Below are positions 32,401 through 46,719 of a stretch of 64,000 nt of DNA, in pieces. The notes under the pieces were generated by a model, which saw nothing but the letters and a program-made list of their open reading frames with translations, searched no databases and was not told the origin of the DNA. This DNA is from Obrimoposthia wandeli (lineage: Eukaryota): the NCBI GenBank assembly GCA_977020255.1, contig CDROCS010006332.1:1-64000 (forward strand). The letters run 5' to 3'. Position 1 is the first letter of the stretch, and each line of letters starts with the position of its first letter. Made by a program: the position numbers and the translations under genes.

Positions 32401-35400
32401 CATTTTTTACATAACTTAATTAAACATAATTTGAAATATTTCTTATTTAATTCAATTTTTCTTTCTTTTTATATACATATCAAGCAAATATTAAGCACAG
32501 ATTCGTCATCAATATTTTCAATTAATTAAGATTGAAGGATCTCTCTTGTGAATATTCCCTTTTCAGTTCAGAACTTTGATTTTATAAATTTGCATAAAAT
32601 GGACTTATATGAGAATTATCCGTTTAAACAAACATCTAAAGAATTCAGGTTTCTTAGCCCAACATACTTCGGTCTCTTTTCAATTATCTCCATTGTTTAA
32701 AGTGCGAAATGTATTTTAACACATCGAATAAACCTTTGTCAAATGTTAATAAATCCCACATTTATTTCTGTCATTTTCCCATTTTGCCTAATAATTTATC
32801 CACATTAAAACGGTGAAATACCAAAAATGTGTAACCTCTTGCCTAATAAATATCAAGTCTAAATGTGATCCCAATAGTCAGTGCTGCTTTATAACATAGA
32901 CAAGTTTTCATACTCGATAGGATTATTTTGTTTATGTTTTTTATATTTCATTTTCCACGTGTATACTACGCCTTCCAAAAAAGACCGATAATTCTACAAA
33001 TTTAAACTCTACTTGTATTTAGATGTACTGAAACTTTAGAAAATTATACCTAAAGAGTTTTTAAGCATATGTGAGTTACCTTTCGATACTCCTGCTCACT
33101 TTTCTAACGGTCTTAAACCTTTCCCAGTTATGTAACAGCTGATGCAATGTCAATTTAAAGTTAAACGCACCGACAAACTTTCTAAATCTGCTCGTGTGAA
33201 GAATTTGACCAGTGTCGCAGCCAAGCCGGCCACTCTTAATTTTAAGGCTCTATGGGGGGTTCTCTTTTACCTATACTGGAGTTTAAATTTGTTGGAGTTT
33301 GTTCAGTTAATAAATTTCTGAACAGTGATTGATCCGGATATTCTAAGAGAAGGACTTTCAAATGTACACTTTGTTTTAATTTTTAAATTAAAAAATTATG
33401 TTAAAATTAATAAGGAAATATTAAAAAACTTAATTCTAAATAAACTCAAACTATAAAAGCTATACTGTTGATTAAAATTGAAATAAAAACATTGAAAAAC
33501 TTAAATAAATCACATGAAAAATCTTTTTATTCGAATACTTATTACTAAATCAAAAAATTATAATTAAATTTTATATAAGTTTTATTCAAAACCAACATTT
33601 AACGAATTTAGGATAACATTTTTTAGTTTATAAAGTCCATTAAGAGGAGAATAAAAATTGTTTCCTTCTGAATTAAATATTATTTACTTAGAAAATCAAT
33701 ATCAATAATTTACACGTTTGCACTGAAACATGTTCGCTAACAAATTGCTTTAAAAATTGCCTCAATCGCTGTTGACTGGGCAAAGATTGTCCCGATTCGT
33801 TTATCGGCGAACCTAATTGATCATTCACCCTCATTATGCACAGATTTTAATGGCCATAGCGGTTAGTACATTAATTTATTGTTGGTTTAGATTTATAGGA
33901 AGCGTTCAAAACGGTTTGAGCAAGCAGATCGTAAAAATGAATTTTTAAGAAATATATAAAAGTGATCGATTAGGAAAAATGAAATTAAATAGATAAAGTA
34001 TTTATAAAAATTAGAAAAACTAAATTGAAGGTTATAAAATAACTAAATTAAAATAAATTAAATGAAATTCTTATTTTAAAACGAAATGTCAGAAATAAAT
34101 TAAAACCTTGGAAAGGTCATATGTATATATTTTATGAAAAAGTGTTAAAAAGGCCGTATAAGAAAGATGGTCGAATTTTTATAAGAGTCAATATCGACAG
34201 TCACTCAAGGTGAGATCTGAGTCAGTCGACAATCAGTCACTAGAACTGGATCAAAATTTTAGGAAAACAGCGACTGAGGAAATCAACGTACAAAGAACGC
34301 CAGGAGATTAGAACGACAAGAGCTAACTCCAGGTGATTTCCTTGTTTAGCGATTAGAAGGATCAGGAATCGATTTAATGAAGCACCGAGCAGAGTAACAA
34401 CAGGACGGACCTCAGCGGACCTGATAACAATATTTAGTGAGGAATTACCATATCATTGTTAGTATAAACGAGTAATTTGGTTTTGATAAACTTGGTGAAC
34501 AATTAATTTGATTAGATAAAGTATACAGAGAATTAAAATTGTAGCAAATGAATATTTGATAAATTAGCCGCGAGTAGATAACAGAGTTAGTAAAATAACG
34601 TTGGGTTTTTGAACGTAAAAGGTCTTGCCGTTAGTTCTTGTAAATTCTATTTTCAGAATAAGTAACTGTTTCTCTTGTAAATTCTTCAGTAGAGAATTTG
34701 TAACTGTATTGTAATACAATATATCATTTAAAACTAAAACGCGAAGATTTAAGTTTTTAAAAGGGATCAGGGGTTCAAATAAGTTTACGAATACCATTAA
34801 AAAAAAATTAACCAGTGAGATGCTAGCCTGAGCTCTGACCTATTCAGAGGTTTATCGTCGCCACTGATTGAACCCGGTTTAATTTTGCCTATTTCTGAAG
34901 TTAGCTTTGACAGACTATTTCTGAATTTCAACTCACATTGGCCTAACCGGCATATTGTTCAGCTCCACACAACACTACAATAGTTTTAGAGAATTTCACG
35001 TTATCCTGCGCACAACTCATTAACAAACCACAAAAAGCCTTCAGAGACTTGAACATGTAAGCTACATCGACCAGTAAGCCATATCGCTACAGAATTCACG
35101 TTGGGGGTCTTCATACGAGGATTCTAAGTTTAAAAGAAAACCCCAAAAAGCACAAATCTCAGCCACTAGCTTTGACAAATAAGGATCTGTTAGGATTGCA
35201 TTTCAGGATTCGGTAACAGCTTTTTATTGCCTGATATGATTTATTTTAATATCTTAATTTTATTATTCCCCACTCTAACTTGACAGTTTTAAAATTTGTA
35301 ATAAAATATCAGAATTGGAAAAATATTCTCAATTGTATTATAACTTCAATACAGAGGGGGTGGGGAAGAGGGCAAGGTGCACTATCAGATGTCACATGCC

Positions 35401-37869
35401 AAATAGGTTGTTCACAGAGTTCTCAGCACTGTCGGGATTGGTTGCTGGTGTGCTCATCTGCTATTGGTCGGCATGCATATGCTCTTCTGATTGGCTTACA
35501 CCGAGACTGACAGACTGAAATTGGTCATTTTCCATCTTTAGCGGTGATTTGTCAATACAGCTCTCCACCACCTGTGATTCGTTCGCTGTTGCGTGGACCT
35601 CGTTGGTCGATCTATGACGAATGCCACGGCGAAGTTCTATGTCTTGTCGTCGTTGGAGAAATCTGAAGAAAAATAAATGATCTTACGCCATTCACTTTTT
35701 GTCTTCTAAGCCATTTTAACTATCTAAGTCCTAGCAATTTTATCCAACAAATAGAAAGTTATGAATTTTGAAAAATTGGGCGATGGTCTCTAAATTTCCA
35801 TGTTCTATTAAAACCATTATTAACTTAAGCAATTAAATATCAAATTAATTCTAAATTTCCGTTGCTATTGCTATCACGCATTAGTTCAGGATTCATAAGT
35901 CGAATTTTCCGCTCCCAGTTCAAATGGAAGAGGGTTCCTAAAAATTAAAATATACTTTGAAAATATGAAAGAAAATTGAACATGTATATCGTAATAGTTT
36001 TAAACAATCTATAAATTTCTGGGAAACCTACGATAATTTTTACAAATCAAATTAGAAATGATTTCTCTCGCAAGGTGGATGAGAAGTACACAAACAAGAC
36101 AAATATTTTGTGAAAAAGATCTTTGAAGATGAAGCTTCCTTTTGTTAAAGAAATTCTTTTGAAAACATGTTGAATTTCTAAAAGGTTTCTGTAACGAGAG
36201 TAAAATCAGACAAAGTCTTAATATTTGTCATGAGAAATTAAAAAGTAGAAAGTTTTAAGTTCGTAATATTCAAATTATTTGCTTATTTAAGTTTAACCCC
36301 CCATGCTAAACCCCCACAAATACTGAAATCCAGTTGAACCCCAAATAATCTGCGCAGTCGCCGCCGCCGCCGTGTAGGTCCCACCTCTCAACTCTGCAGA
36401 CCGCTAAGACGAGTCCACTCAGGATCAGGCCCATGAGCGCTACAACGACCGCGCAACCGAAGATGAGCATCTTTGCGTACGAGACCTAGAGACAATGGGC
36501 AGCTGACTATTGGAGAATTTTACCGTTTCATGAAATGTAAAGCATGATCAATTCACAAATCACACAAATAAAACATTTGGAGAATTAAACCGAGGAAAAT
36601 GAATAGAATAACGTGCCGACGAGCAAAGAATTCGAAAATGAAGTCTCACCAACTCTTCGATATCACCAAACTAATGGTTTGTGGTTAACAACAGAAGACA
36701 AACAAAAGTATGTTAAAAAGTGCAGGTAGAATTTGATCTATACTACAAAGGTTGTATTCGTTAAAATAGACCAATCTAAACAAAATGAATGGAAAAAGCT
36801 GTTGAACCGAATTCAAGTACATGTTTGGTTCTATTTTATAGTGATTCTCGTAGCAATTGTGATATGAATAATGTTAATTCAGGGAGCAAATCAGAAGTTA
36901 TTGTAATATAACAAAAAGAATCCGATTATCGCTATTATAACAACTTCTGTATCACCAAATATGAATTATCCCTTTACAGAAGAACTGATAAAGAGTTGTG
37001 ACTGCTTGCTACAAACTTATATTCTCCATCGCAACTAACGCCGTGTGAAAAATCCTGAATGGAGAAACGATATGAAGTTTTTCTATTTGTTGTGTGAAGC
37101 TTTGGAGTATCATGGAGAAAGGTAATTATAGCCGAATATTCATTGAAACCAACTTTTATTGCGACATAAATCTAGAGAAATATTTGTGTTAGTTGCTTGC
37201 TTCCTGATTCCAAATTAGAGACTGACAATTCATCCTGTTTGTAAGATAATCTCTAAAAGAATGGGCAAACATGTGGCAACCAAAAGTGTGTTGAAGACGC
37301 TGATTAGTGTAATAAATCATTGCCAAAAAGAGGTTATTTGTCTGAAGTCATCGGTGTTCATCCCTCCACTTAGAGATGCGCCTCGTTCTAACCAAGTTAG
37401 CAAAAGATCTAGAAAGAGTATGGAAGATCTGTTGTCATTTGGAAATGCCTATAAGAATTTATCTACCTGATTGATATATATTAACTGATCTAAATTTAGG
37501 GTTTCGGGAACGTTTTTTTACAAAAAAGATTATAAATTATAATACATATTTTTAGTTGTTGAAATTTTCTCATCTTATAATGATACTGGAATCTAAAATA
37601 ATTGAAAAGACATGTTTTTGTCGTGACCCTAATATACCTATCTACGGGATTATTGAGTTTATTTGTGAAAATGGCATTACTGAAATATTTTGATACCAAC
37701 ATAACGATATTCAAAGGTAAATAAATAAAAATATTTGAAATCTGACCGTTTGATTAACAGTTGATGCTAAAGTACCAGGCGCATCTTCATTTGTATCGTC
37801 TTCTTTCATAGACTCTGAAATATATAAGATACAAGTTTACAAAGACAACATAATTTCCCAAGATTGTAG

Positions 37870-38915
37870 TCCTCCATAGTGGATAGCAGTCATCCCAGCC
37901 CCAGTAGTCCTCCCTAGTACCCAGTAGTCCTTCCCAGTACCAGAAACCATCCCCAGTAGCCAGTAGTCACCACCAATGCCCAGCAGTCATCCCCAGTGTC
38001 CAGTAATCCTCACCAGTGCCCAGTAGTTCTCCCAGTCCCAGTAGTCCTCCATAGTGGCCAGTAGTCATCCCAGGAGTAATCGCCAATCCCAGTAGTCCTC
38101 CATAGTAGATAGCAGTCATCCCCAATGCCCAGTAGTCATCCCAGTCCCAGTAGTCCTCCCAGTCCCAGTAGTCCCCAGTGGCCAGTAGTCATCCCAGGGT
38201 AATTGCCCAGTAGTAGTCCTCCATAGTATGCCCAGTAGTCATCCCAGTTCCCAGTAGTCCTCCCAATGCCCAGTAGTCATCCCAGTCATAGTAGTCCTCC
38301 CCAGTGGATAGCCGTTATCCCAAATGCCCAGTAGTCATCCCAGTTCCCAGTAGTCCTCCCCAGTGGATAGCAGTCATCTCCAATGCCCAGTAGTCATCCC
38401 CAATGCCCAGTCATCCCAGTAGTCATCCCCCCAGTAGTCCTCCCCAGATAGCCGTTATCCCAGCAGTAGTCAGTTCAGTATAGAAGTCCCCAGTTCCCAG
38501 TAGTCCTCCCCCCAGTAGTGGAAAGTCATCCCAGTTCCCAGTAGTCCTCCACAGTGCCCAGCAGTCATCCCAGTGCCCAGTAGTCCTCCCTAGTGATCAG
38601 TAGTCCTCCCTAGTATCCAACAGTTGCCCCCTAATAGTAGTACTCCTAATACCTCGTTGTTCTTCTTAGTGCCAGTAGTCATCCCCAATGCCCAGTAGTC
38701 ATCCCCAGTGGATAGAAGTCATCCCCAATGCCCAGTAGTCATCCCAGTCCCAGTAGTCCTCCCTAGTGCCCAGCAGTCATCCCTAGTGCCCAGTAGTCCT
38801 TCCCAGTTCCCAGTAGTCCTCCCTAGTGGTTAGTAGTCCTCCCTAGTGGTCAGTAGTCCTCCCTAGTATCCAACAGTTGCTCCCTAATAGTAGAACTCCT
38901 AATACCTCGTAGTTC
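37870..38915. repeat. Complex C-rich minisatellite (CCCAGTAGTC(A/C)TCC-type subunits)
   Basis: Dozens of CCCAGTAGTC variants; an interruption block is duplicated at 38614 and 38867. Confidence 0.95.
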
Positions 38916-40329
38916 GTCCTAGTGGTCAGTAACCATTCTTAGTAGCCAGTAGTCCTTCGTGGTGTTATGGCCTCTTAGCTTACTGGTTGGTTCTTCAGTA
39001 TAATTGCTGGATCTGGATGACTCTTGAGGACGCTTACAGTTTGCCAGCAAGCCGGTGCCGACAACCTTCAGGTTAGCCAATCTTTGTCTCCCTAGCCAAA
39101 TCCCATTGACACAGCCTTGTAAACTGCGTCCCTCGGAAGTTGAGAAGTGTGACTGTCCACCTTCGTGACTGAGAGGGTATGGACCCTTGTTCCCCACCAT
39201 TATCAGGATCTGACCTCGGTTCACTCGGGGCACTGAGTCAGTCGAGAAATCTGTGGGTAAACCAGACTTACATTCCTGCAAGTTATCCGAGTCTCAGGGA
39301 GTAAATAAATACAAGCTACGACAAAAGACGCGGACTGGTACCTCAGAATCCAGAATACATTAATAAAACCAAACAGCATCGACCAATTCGGTCAAGGACA
39401 TTGAATAATCAGAGTTGTATGAAACAAATATGGAGTCTGTTTCAACTTAGTTCGGGATTTTTAACGTCATAAAAGTACAGTAAGAAGTTATTTTAAATAA
39501 TTTACAGAAAACATTTCAAAATATCTTTACAATTCTATGTGGAAACTTCAAGGTTGAACAAATGAATGTTATTTCATATCAAAGATTATACCAATTGTAT
39601 CTAAATAAATGGAGGTGACAGCAATCCATCTGATCAAATGGCAGAAAATAGAAGAACAACTCACAAAAAGGATCATTGGGAGGCAAGTGGATCTGACTGA
39701 TGTTGAGTTGGGTGTCACTGCACTTGACCTTCACATCATGACCTTGTTCAGGCCCCCCTACTGCCAAGGTCATGTTGAAGACTGAGTCGTCGATACAAAA
39801 TAGGTCACAGCCACCTGCATGCAGTGGAATAGCAAGTGTAAAGGTGGAACACACAAACATGGAAAATGTAGGTCACAAACCCTAAAGTAGGTCACAGACT
39901 CACAGAGAGAGCGGAGGTTGCTGGTACGCACTATGAATATTGCAGTGGACCCGGCAAGAAGGCGATGCAAAAGAAATTCCCCTCGCCTGCTTTGTCGCAC
40001 CAGAAGGGCCAACTCAGCGTCTACCAAAGCCAGAACCACCCCCCGTAGTGAGTGAACCGTCAGGGACACTGTCACCGTCCTCCCAAGTCCGTCTGGGTTC
40101 ATGCTCCCTTTGTCCAGCCAGTAGACGTAGTCAGCACCACCATATTGCATTGCAAACGCTGCACAACCAATCCGGATCTGAGGTTGCAATAATAATAATC
40201 GAAATATTTATTGATATCAACAAAATTCTGAGAAAGCAGGATGAAAGAGAAAGAAAGTAGGAACACAGAACATCAGCCAGTGGTTCGACTGCTCCTTGCG
40301 AAATACCAAGTTAGTGAATAAGCAGGTCA

Positions 40330-40570
40330 ACAAGAACTCAAGAAGCTGACCGAGATTATGTTGACAAAACCGCACATCATCGTTTCATCTTGATCTTAGC
40401 CAACGAAGGCTGGTATTTCTTTTATTCATCTGTGTCAGTCGTCTGACCTTGCCATTGTTGTCATATGGCATCTAAATGTCGATAAGTGTGTACCGCTTCT
40501 TGACCTTGTTGTTCACCAGAAGGTCGACTTGAGGCGCGATGTTTGTCACCAAATATTACTCGCTTCATCT
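40330..40570 (-). pseudogene. Restriction-like endonuclease (RLE) C-terminus of a non-LTR retrotransposon
   Basis: PQVDLLVNNKVKKRYTLIDI*MPYDNN resembles the PD...IIDVxxPxD pattern of R2/R4/NeSL-type elements. Confidence 0.5.
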
Positions 40571-43499
40571 GTATTGATGTCAATCAATAAAGAAATCTCA
40601 TCGAATGTAATAAAAATATTTTAACAAATGATCTAAATTATAACAAAGAATATTTGACTTAGAGAAAATGTAAAGAACAATTATTTAGTAAAATAAAAGT
40701 AAACGTTCTTATAACTTCTGGTTGATTTTTGATGGAAAGATAATGGACCATTTGTGAAGAAGATTTAAAAGAATGTGTCACATTCAATTGTTTGCTTTTA
40801 TTTATTGTTGTATTATCTAAAGATATAATAAATAAATAAATTTAATAAAATATTTAACTAATAAATTTGTACGTCAATTTTTTGTGGATTATTTGGAATT
40901 ATCTGTACTATTTTATTATTTGATTGACAATGTCACCACGGGATCACCAGTGGGTAACTTCTGGTATGTAACGAACGAACCCAGAGATACTAAGATTGAT
41001 GTTTAAATTGCTGATAATCATTTAAGGATAAATAAACTATAAAATCGTAATGCAAAAGAAATAGGTTCAAAGGTAATGGAAGTGGACATAGAGGGAGATA
41101 ATCCAAATTGACACTTTGTTGTTTTCTCATCATCTCAGTTTAGTATCTCATTGCCTGATCTTTGAGACCCAGAGTGACGTTGTCACACGGTGGATTATTG
41201 GGGTTCTCAAGCAAATATCAGCTGGTACGAGATGCCCCACCTTTGAAAATCTTGCCACCCAATTCCCATCGACTCTGTCAAGAAGTAAATGAAGAATATT
41301 TCCCTTCTAGAACTTCGATGATTTATAAAGTCTTCAAAATTTGGAATAAATTGTCAATTTACCTATTCAAGAAACTCCCTGAAACTAAATGCAGTTTTAA
41401 CACTTCGTAGCCCCCAAGATTAATTATAAACCAAGCGCCACTGGTCGAGGTCCCATGGGCACATTTGACTTGCGAGGTAAGCAAAGAACATTGTATGAAA
41501 ACCTGCGAACGAGAACGTTATATTGCAAAATCTAATTTCCCTGTAATTTACATAAAACCCCACTGAAAAGTATTGAAACATAAAAAATATATTCCCAACA
41601 ATTACTTTAACATTTTCAACAGAAACGATTTGTTTTTAAATAATTTAAATATTTATTTCTAGGTCATTTTCCAAGGCCTATCAGATGTTGTGGCTATATG
41701 ACACTCATTAGGGACATTTTTACTTTGATTCCGCTTTTTCTGCCTAATGGCAGAACTATTTTTAAGCTAAATTTCAAAACTGTGTGATGGTAAATTTCCC
41801 AAATAAACTATTTCTGAAACTCGAACTCTTTTTGTTTATCCCTATCTGGTGTATTGGTATATGAGTACATTTATCTGAAGGAAATGTTTTATTTTGTTCA
41901 TATTTGTTGTATTTTACCAATTTTCTTACACTTCATTAATAATACAGACAATTTTAATCCATTAACTTTATAAACAGTTGTATTTTTGTTCTTATCTGTC
42001 CACTGTCGTTACAATTTAACATATTACTTAAAGAGATTAAAAATTAATATGAATACCTAATCTTTTCTTTATTTCTTCAGTTTATAAATATCATTTACAT
42101 TTGTTTTCTGTATATTTTGTGAAGCCTATTTTTGTTTTAACGTATTTTAATTGAAAATGGCTGCTAATTAATGTAAACATCGAATTATATTTCCATACAC
42201 AGTTTCTCCAGCACTGTTCTTCAAAGCCGCTCTGTGACAGTTGTCAAATTCTTGTTTCTGATAATGTTTGCCAATGGAGACGGCAATCCGATGGTGCACC
42301 CTCGCGCCCCCAAAGATGACACTTACCGAAAACAGCGGCTAGAACCAGCAGCGCCGATTGAGTCATTCTTGCAGCTGATTGTTGTACATAATACTGCAAT
42401 GTCGAGCTGCAAATTTTATGGCCGGACGCAAATTGACCTCTGAATGATGATGGATCGGTGTGGAGTGATTGTGTGGTTGGTTGAGACAAATTCACGAAAT
42501 TGAAGGTGCATGGTTGTAGCTATTATCAAAGTCTATTTCAAACCTTCTTACGCACTCCATTTAGACTCCAATTGAGCTAAGAATATATCCAAGAAGTTGG
42601 GTTAATCTACAGCGTAATTATTTCCATGTCCCATTTGAATTATTTCTGAATACATCGAATTTATTATACCCTGTTTTTCAAATCAAATAAGAAATTTTAG
42701 TTTACATCAAGCTCTTGACAGCATTTAACAACGTCGATTTATGTTTTTAAACTTGCAACAAAATCTAAATAATTCAATTTTAAACAAAACATTCCTTTAT
42801 CTATATAAATTTTTGACTATTAAAACTTACAATTGTGATTAAAATACAAAAAATTCATTTAAACCTTTATCATAGGGACTGAGAAATATGAGAAAAATTT
42901 CAATTGGAATGTGTAAATTGGCCAGTCTAATCATCAGACACAGTCAGAGCTGAGGGGAGTCAGTTGATCCCAGAATACAGGGGTTGGATGGTCAGAGCTG
43001 AGGAGTTGGACAGTCAGGCTGAGGGAGTTCAAAATGGACAATAAATGTACGAATTATTAAATGAGGGCAAACAAGGACAAATAAAACTTAAAAAAGTAAT
43101 CGAGAGAAAATTATGCAGGCGATGCAGTTGATGGTTTTAAACACAATGTAGAGAGTCAGTTAACCTCGTGTGACCTAGCCGGACTGTATAAGTCAGTCAC
43201 TGATGCATCACGCCTGCTGTGGATTTTTATAAAAGTATAACATAATTATAAATAATAACTAGTAGAAGATAGTACAAGCAATAAGCGTCTTTAAATAGAA
43301 AATGTTTACTGTTAGGAAACAAGAAGTTACTACAAGCCTGAAAACTACAATGCTACGCATACGATTATTACATCAAGACTTGATTTCTGAAATTCTTCAT
43401 TGAATGACATTTCAGTTTACGGATAAAATCATTAAAAAGAAAATTTTAAAAAAGAAACTTCTTTTCAAACCTTCATAACCTTTCTGAGCCAGACCCTAT

Positions 43500-43606
43500 G
43501 GCGAGTCAACGCCCTATACCCTTATGGTGTGACACCCTTTGACATGTGCGTAGCACATGGAAGAACCCCTCCCGAAAGTGGTCTAGACTCCATCAAAGTA
43601 CCCACT
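43500..43606 (-). repeat. AGT-starting terminus related to the 5317-5586 element
   Basis: Reverse complement AGTGGGTACTTTGATGGAGTCTAGACCACTTT; shares CTTATGGTGTGACACCCTT with 5480-5510; truncates the nuclease gene. Confidence 0.55.
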
Positions 43607-45140
43607 ATAATATAATCTCCATTTTTGTTAATGAAAGCCTCAAAGTCTATGATATATTCCTGCATAATTACCCACATATGTAACCAAATCCCTTTTGTTT
43701 ATAACAAATTGAAATATAAACCAATAATCAAAAATTTATTAAAATATCAAAAGTAAATCTCCGTATTCATTTTTCTCAGTAAAATGGTAAATGTTTTAAT
43801 TCTCCTATGAATATTAAAATAAATTATATAAAATGTAATCTTACAAAACTATTTTTAAAAGTAAATTACATATTTTATCTGCAACAATTTCCTGAGTATC
43901 GTGTTTTTGAGAATTTCTTTTTTCATAATCTTCCATTAAATCTGAAGAGTAATTTAATGTGTAACTTATTCAATTTATTTTATCATCCATATTATAAAAA
44001 AAACATTATATATAAAATTGATTATATTTAATATGGTTATGTAAAATATTTAGTCAATTATGTAAAAATACCCTTAATTAATCAATAAAATTAATAAAAT
44101 AATTAGTTTAAAAAAAAAAATTGAGGACCCTCTTCAGGTTTAAGCTGGAGGATTATCTTTCTTGCAGCTCGGCGATTGTCCTCCATCTCCACTCTTCTTT
44201 TATCAGCCAGTTTCTTTTGCTCCAATTCAGCCTTCCTATTCCACTCCAGGATCCTTCGTCGCTCAGCTCCATCCGTCGATTCCACTCGGTCGCGACAGCT
44301 GCTCTCAAATTCTGATTCAGGATCATCTTTCTTAAATTTCCTTTATTCACATTTCTTCTGATGTTCTCCTCTATTTTTGTCACGACTTTACATTTAAGTA
44401 AATTTCATTTTTTAGTTATAAAGAAGTAAATAAATTTTAACCTATTTATATAAATTTGAAATATTTCTAATACAATCACATTCAATTAAGGTATATATTT
44501 TTATTTGACAAATGGGAGTTTATATTTTAATAAATGTATCACTTATGATTGCATTTTAATATAACTAAATTTTGTACCAAAATTCTAAACTTTTTAAGTT
44601 TTTTTTTTAATAAAAGTTTTAAAAAAAAATTTATAAAAACAAAACACGTAAAATTATTTTTTTATGAATTATATTATTCCAAAAAACACTTCAAAAAGTC
44701 TCATTGGGATCATCTTCATCGATATCCCTCCGTCTGAGTGGTATAGGAGTAAGCGGCACTGGTTCCTTCTTCTTTGGTCGGCCAGGTTTCTTTTTCGCCT
44801 GCACCAGTTGCTGTACAGCAATTACTATTCCCTGAGGTTTTGGCAGGAGTTGTCGCAACTTTTTGGAAGGATGTTCAGCTGATGTAGATGGCCCCGTATA
44901 CAAAGTAGTCGGTTTTGCTGCCTTCCTCTTCCGCAAAGCTTTTTTCTCTTTCTCCTCCTTCTCACGCTCTTCATTCGCATCAGGATGCATTGCCGGTTTG
45001 CGGAGTATCCAGTTCCGCCAGAATTTGTCCAATCCAGCTTCATCGCAGCCCTCTCCAAGTTCTGGCTGGTAGATGCTGTTGGCAGAGGAGAAGCAGTCTC
45101 CAAAGCCCTAGTCAAATTTTGGTTGATGCTTAATGGAGCC
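43607..45140 (-). pseudogene. Copy D of the accessory arm (gene 1 3-prime part, gene 2, gene 3, start of the nuclease)
   Basis: Same gene order as copies B and C; KKKPGRPKKK intact; nuclease MQEYIIDFEAFINKNGDYI cut at 43607. Confidence 0.85.
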
Positions 45141-45580
45141 GGTGCTATCAAAGTCATAAAAGAAATCATCAATGTTTGACCAAAATCAACCGAAATTTAA
45201 AGATTTTATTGATTTTTTTACAAGTTTTTCAATAAAATCACATTTTTGACAAATAAAAATTTAGAAAAATTGGTTCTAGGGGGTTTTGTTCTGAAAGATG
45301 CACATCTCCCTAATGAGGCGGTTATACGATAATTCCACACCAAGAGACTAAATGGGTTAGACATAATAATTACATATCCAGTGACTTAAGACTTTTTCAG
45401 TAATACAACTATTCAAATTATTTACGATGACATATGCACCCCCATTTGAGAACAAGTCAAGAGTGTATCTTAAATTTATGACTATAAAACTGTTTTTTTC
45501 TTATATAATGTAAAACGTTTAATTCTAAATTACATATTACAATTAAAAGAGGTTTAATATGAACCCTTTTTCTATCGCAG

Positions 45581-46401
45581 AGCTCAACACTGACTCCACT
45601 AAAACGGCCGTATTCAAGCTCCGATTCAGCTCATTGAAGGTCTCATGGAATAGCGGCACAAATCATCGCATTCTCCTGCTGCAACTGAGGTAATATCCAC
45701 ACATTATGACCCCATCTCAGATCCGATTTCTCCTGCAGTAACCTCAACATCACTCTCTCTTCACTCAACGATGAATTACGGCTGCAGCAGAAGTACCACA
45801 CAAACTCTGGACATACCATCTCTACGAGTATGACTTGTTGTTAACCTTCGTGTTCTGATAATGTGTGGTCTTTCAGAGGTTCTGCTGCACAAGTACGACT
45901 CCCGAGATTCCCACACCGCCATTCTCCAGTTCCTGGGAACCAGCATATCGATCCAGGTGGGTGCTCGCCGTCCTCTAGAGCTCCTGGTTGATGACGCTGA
46001 TTATTCCCCTTACAGACGCCACTGGACAACAACATCAGCTCTCTCATTCTGCTGGTCCATAGTCCTGAGACGGAGAGGTCACAAGAGGTCAAGCTGACCC
46101 TCTACAGCCTATCTGAAGGAGCTTCCGGTGAGACTTGCAGTATTATCAATATTCTCAATTTCCTCTCAAAACACTTTGTATGTTTTATTAAACATTGACC
46201 TCAGATGAAATCATCAAAGACTTACAATTGCCAGTTCATCACTCGATACCGCACTTTGAAATTTTGAATATCCTGTTCGTTTTGTCAATACAACTTATGA
46301 ACAAAAACTTCGATCAAGGGTGCATTTTTAAACCTCTGCTGAATTATGAAGTGTTTATATTTCCTATTGATGATGAAACATTCGGAACCACCCTCGAATA
46401 A
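45581..46401 (+). CDS. 3-prime five exons of an unidentified spliced gene (about 195 codons)
   Basis: Exons 45581-45689, 45739-45827, 45877-45956, 46016-46127 and 46205-46401; GT-AG introns of 49, 49, 59 and 77 nt. Phases are compatible, there are no stops, and AATAAA follows. Confidence 0.75.
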
Positions 46402-46719
46402 AATCTGAAGCTGGAATATATAATAAAATGCCCATGTGAGATGATGTGAATAAGTTAAGTTGTGCTATTAAGTTTACATTTTTTTCAGTATGGAATGTGA
46501 ATAAATTTATAATATATGTAAAGTTACATTTCTAAAGTTTTAAAAGTATCTTTGGTTTTAAAATTTATATGTCATCTGTGTTGGCTAAGCAATGTTTAGA
46601 TCGAAGTCCTGTGATCATGAAATTTCTGAAATCTCGTTACATTTGAATTTTGTAATTTTTGGAAATGAAAAAATAGACCTCAACCACGGAACATTAATTA
46701 ACCAGATTCATTCCGGTCA

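Noticed and set aside
32500-33300. Possible P-element/THAP9-like remnant (FHRFNVDKL)
   Set aside because: One weak motif among many stops; not supportable.
36800-37700. Possible piggyBac/Harbinger-like transposase remnant
   Set aside because: Only vague residue patterns; no diagnostic catalytic motif could be read.
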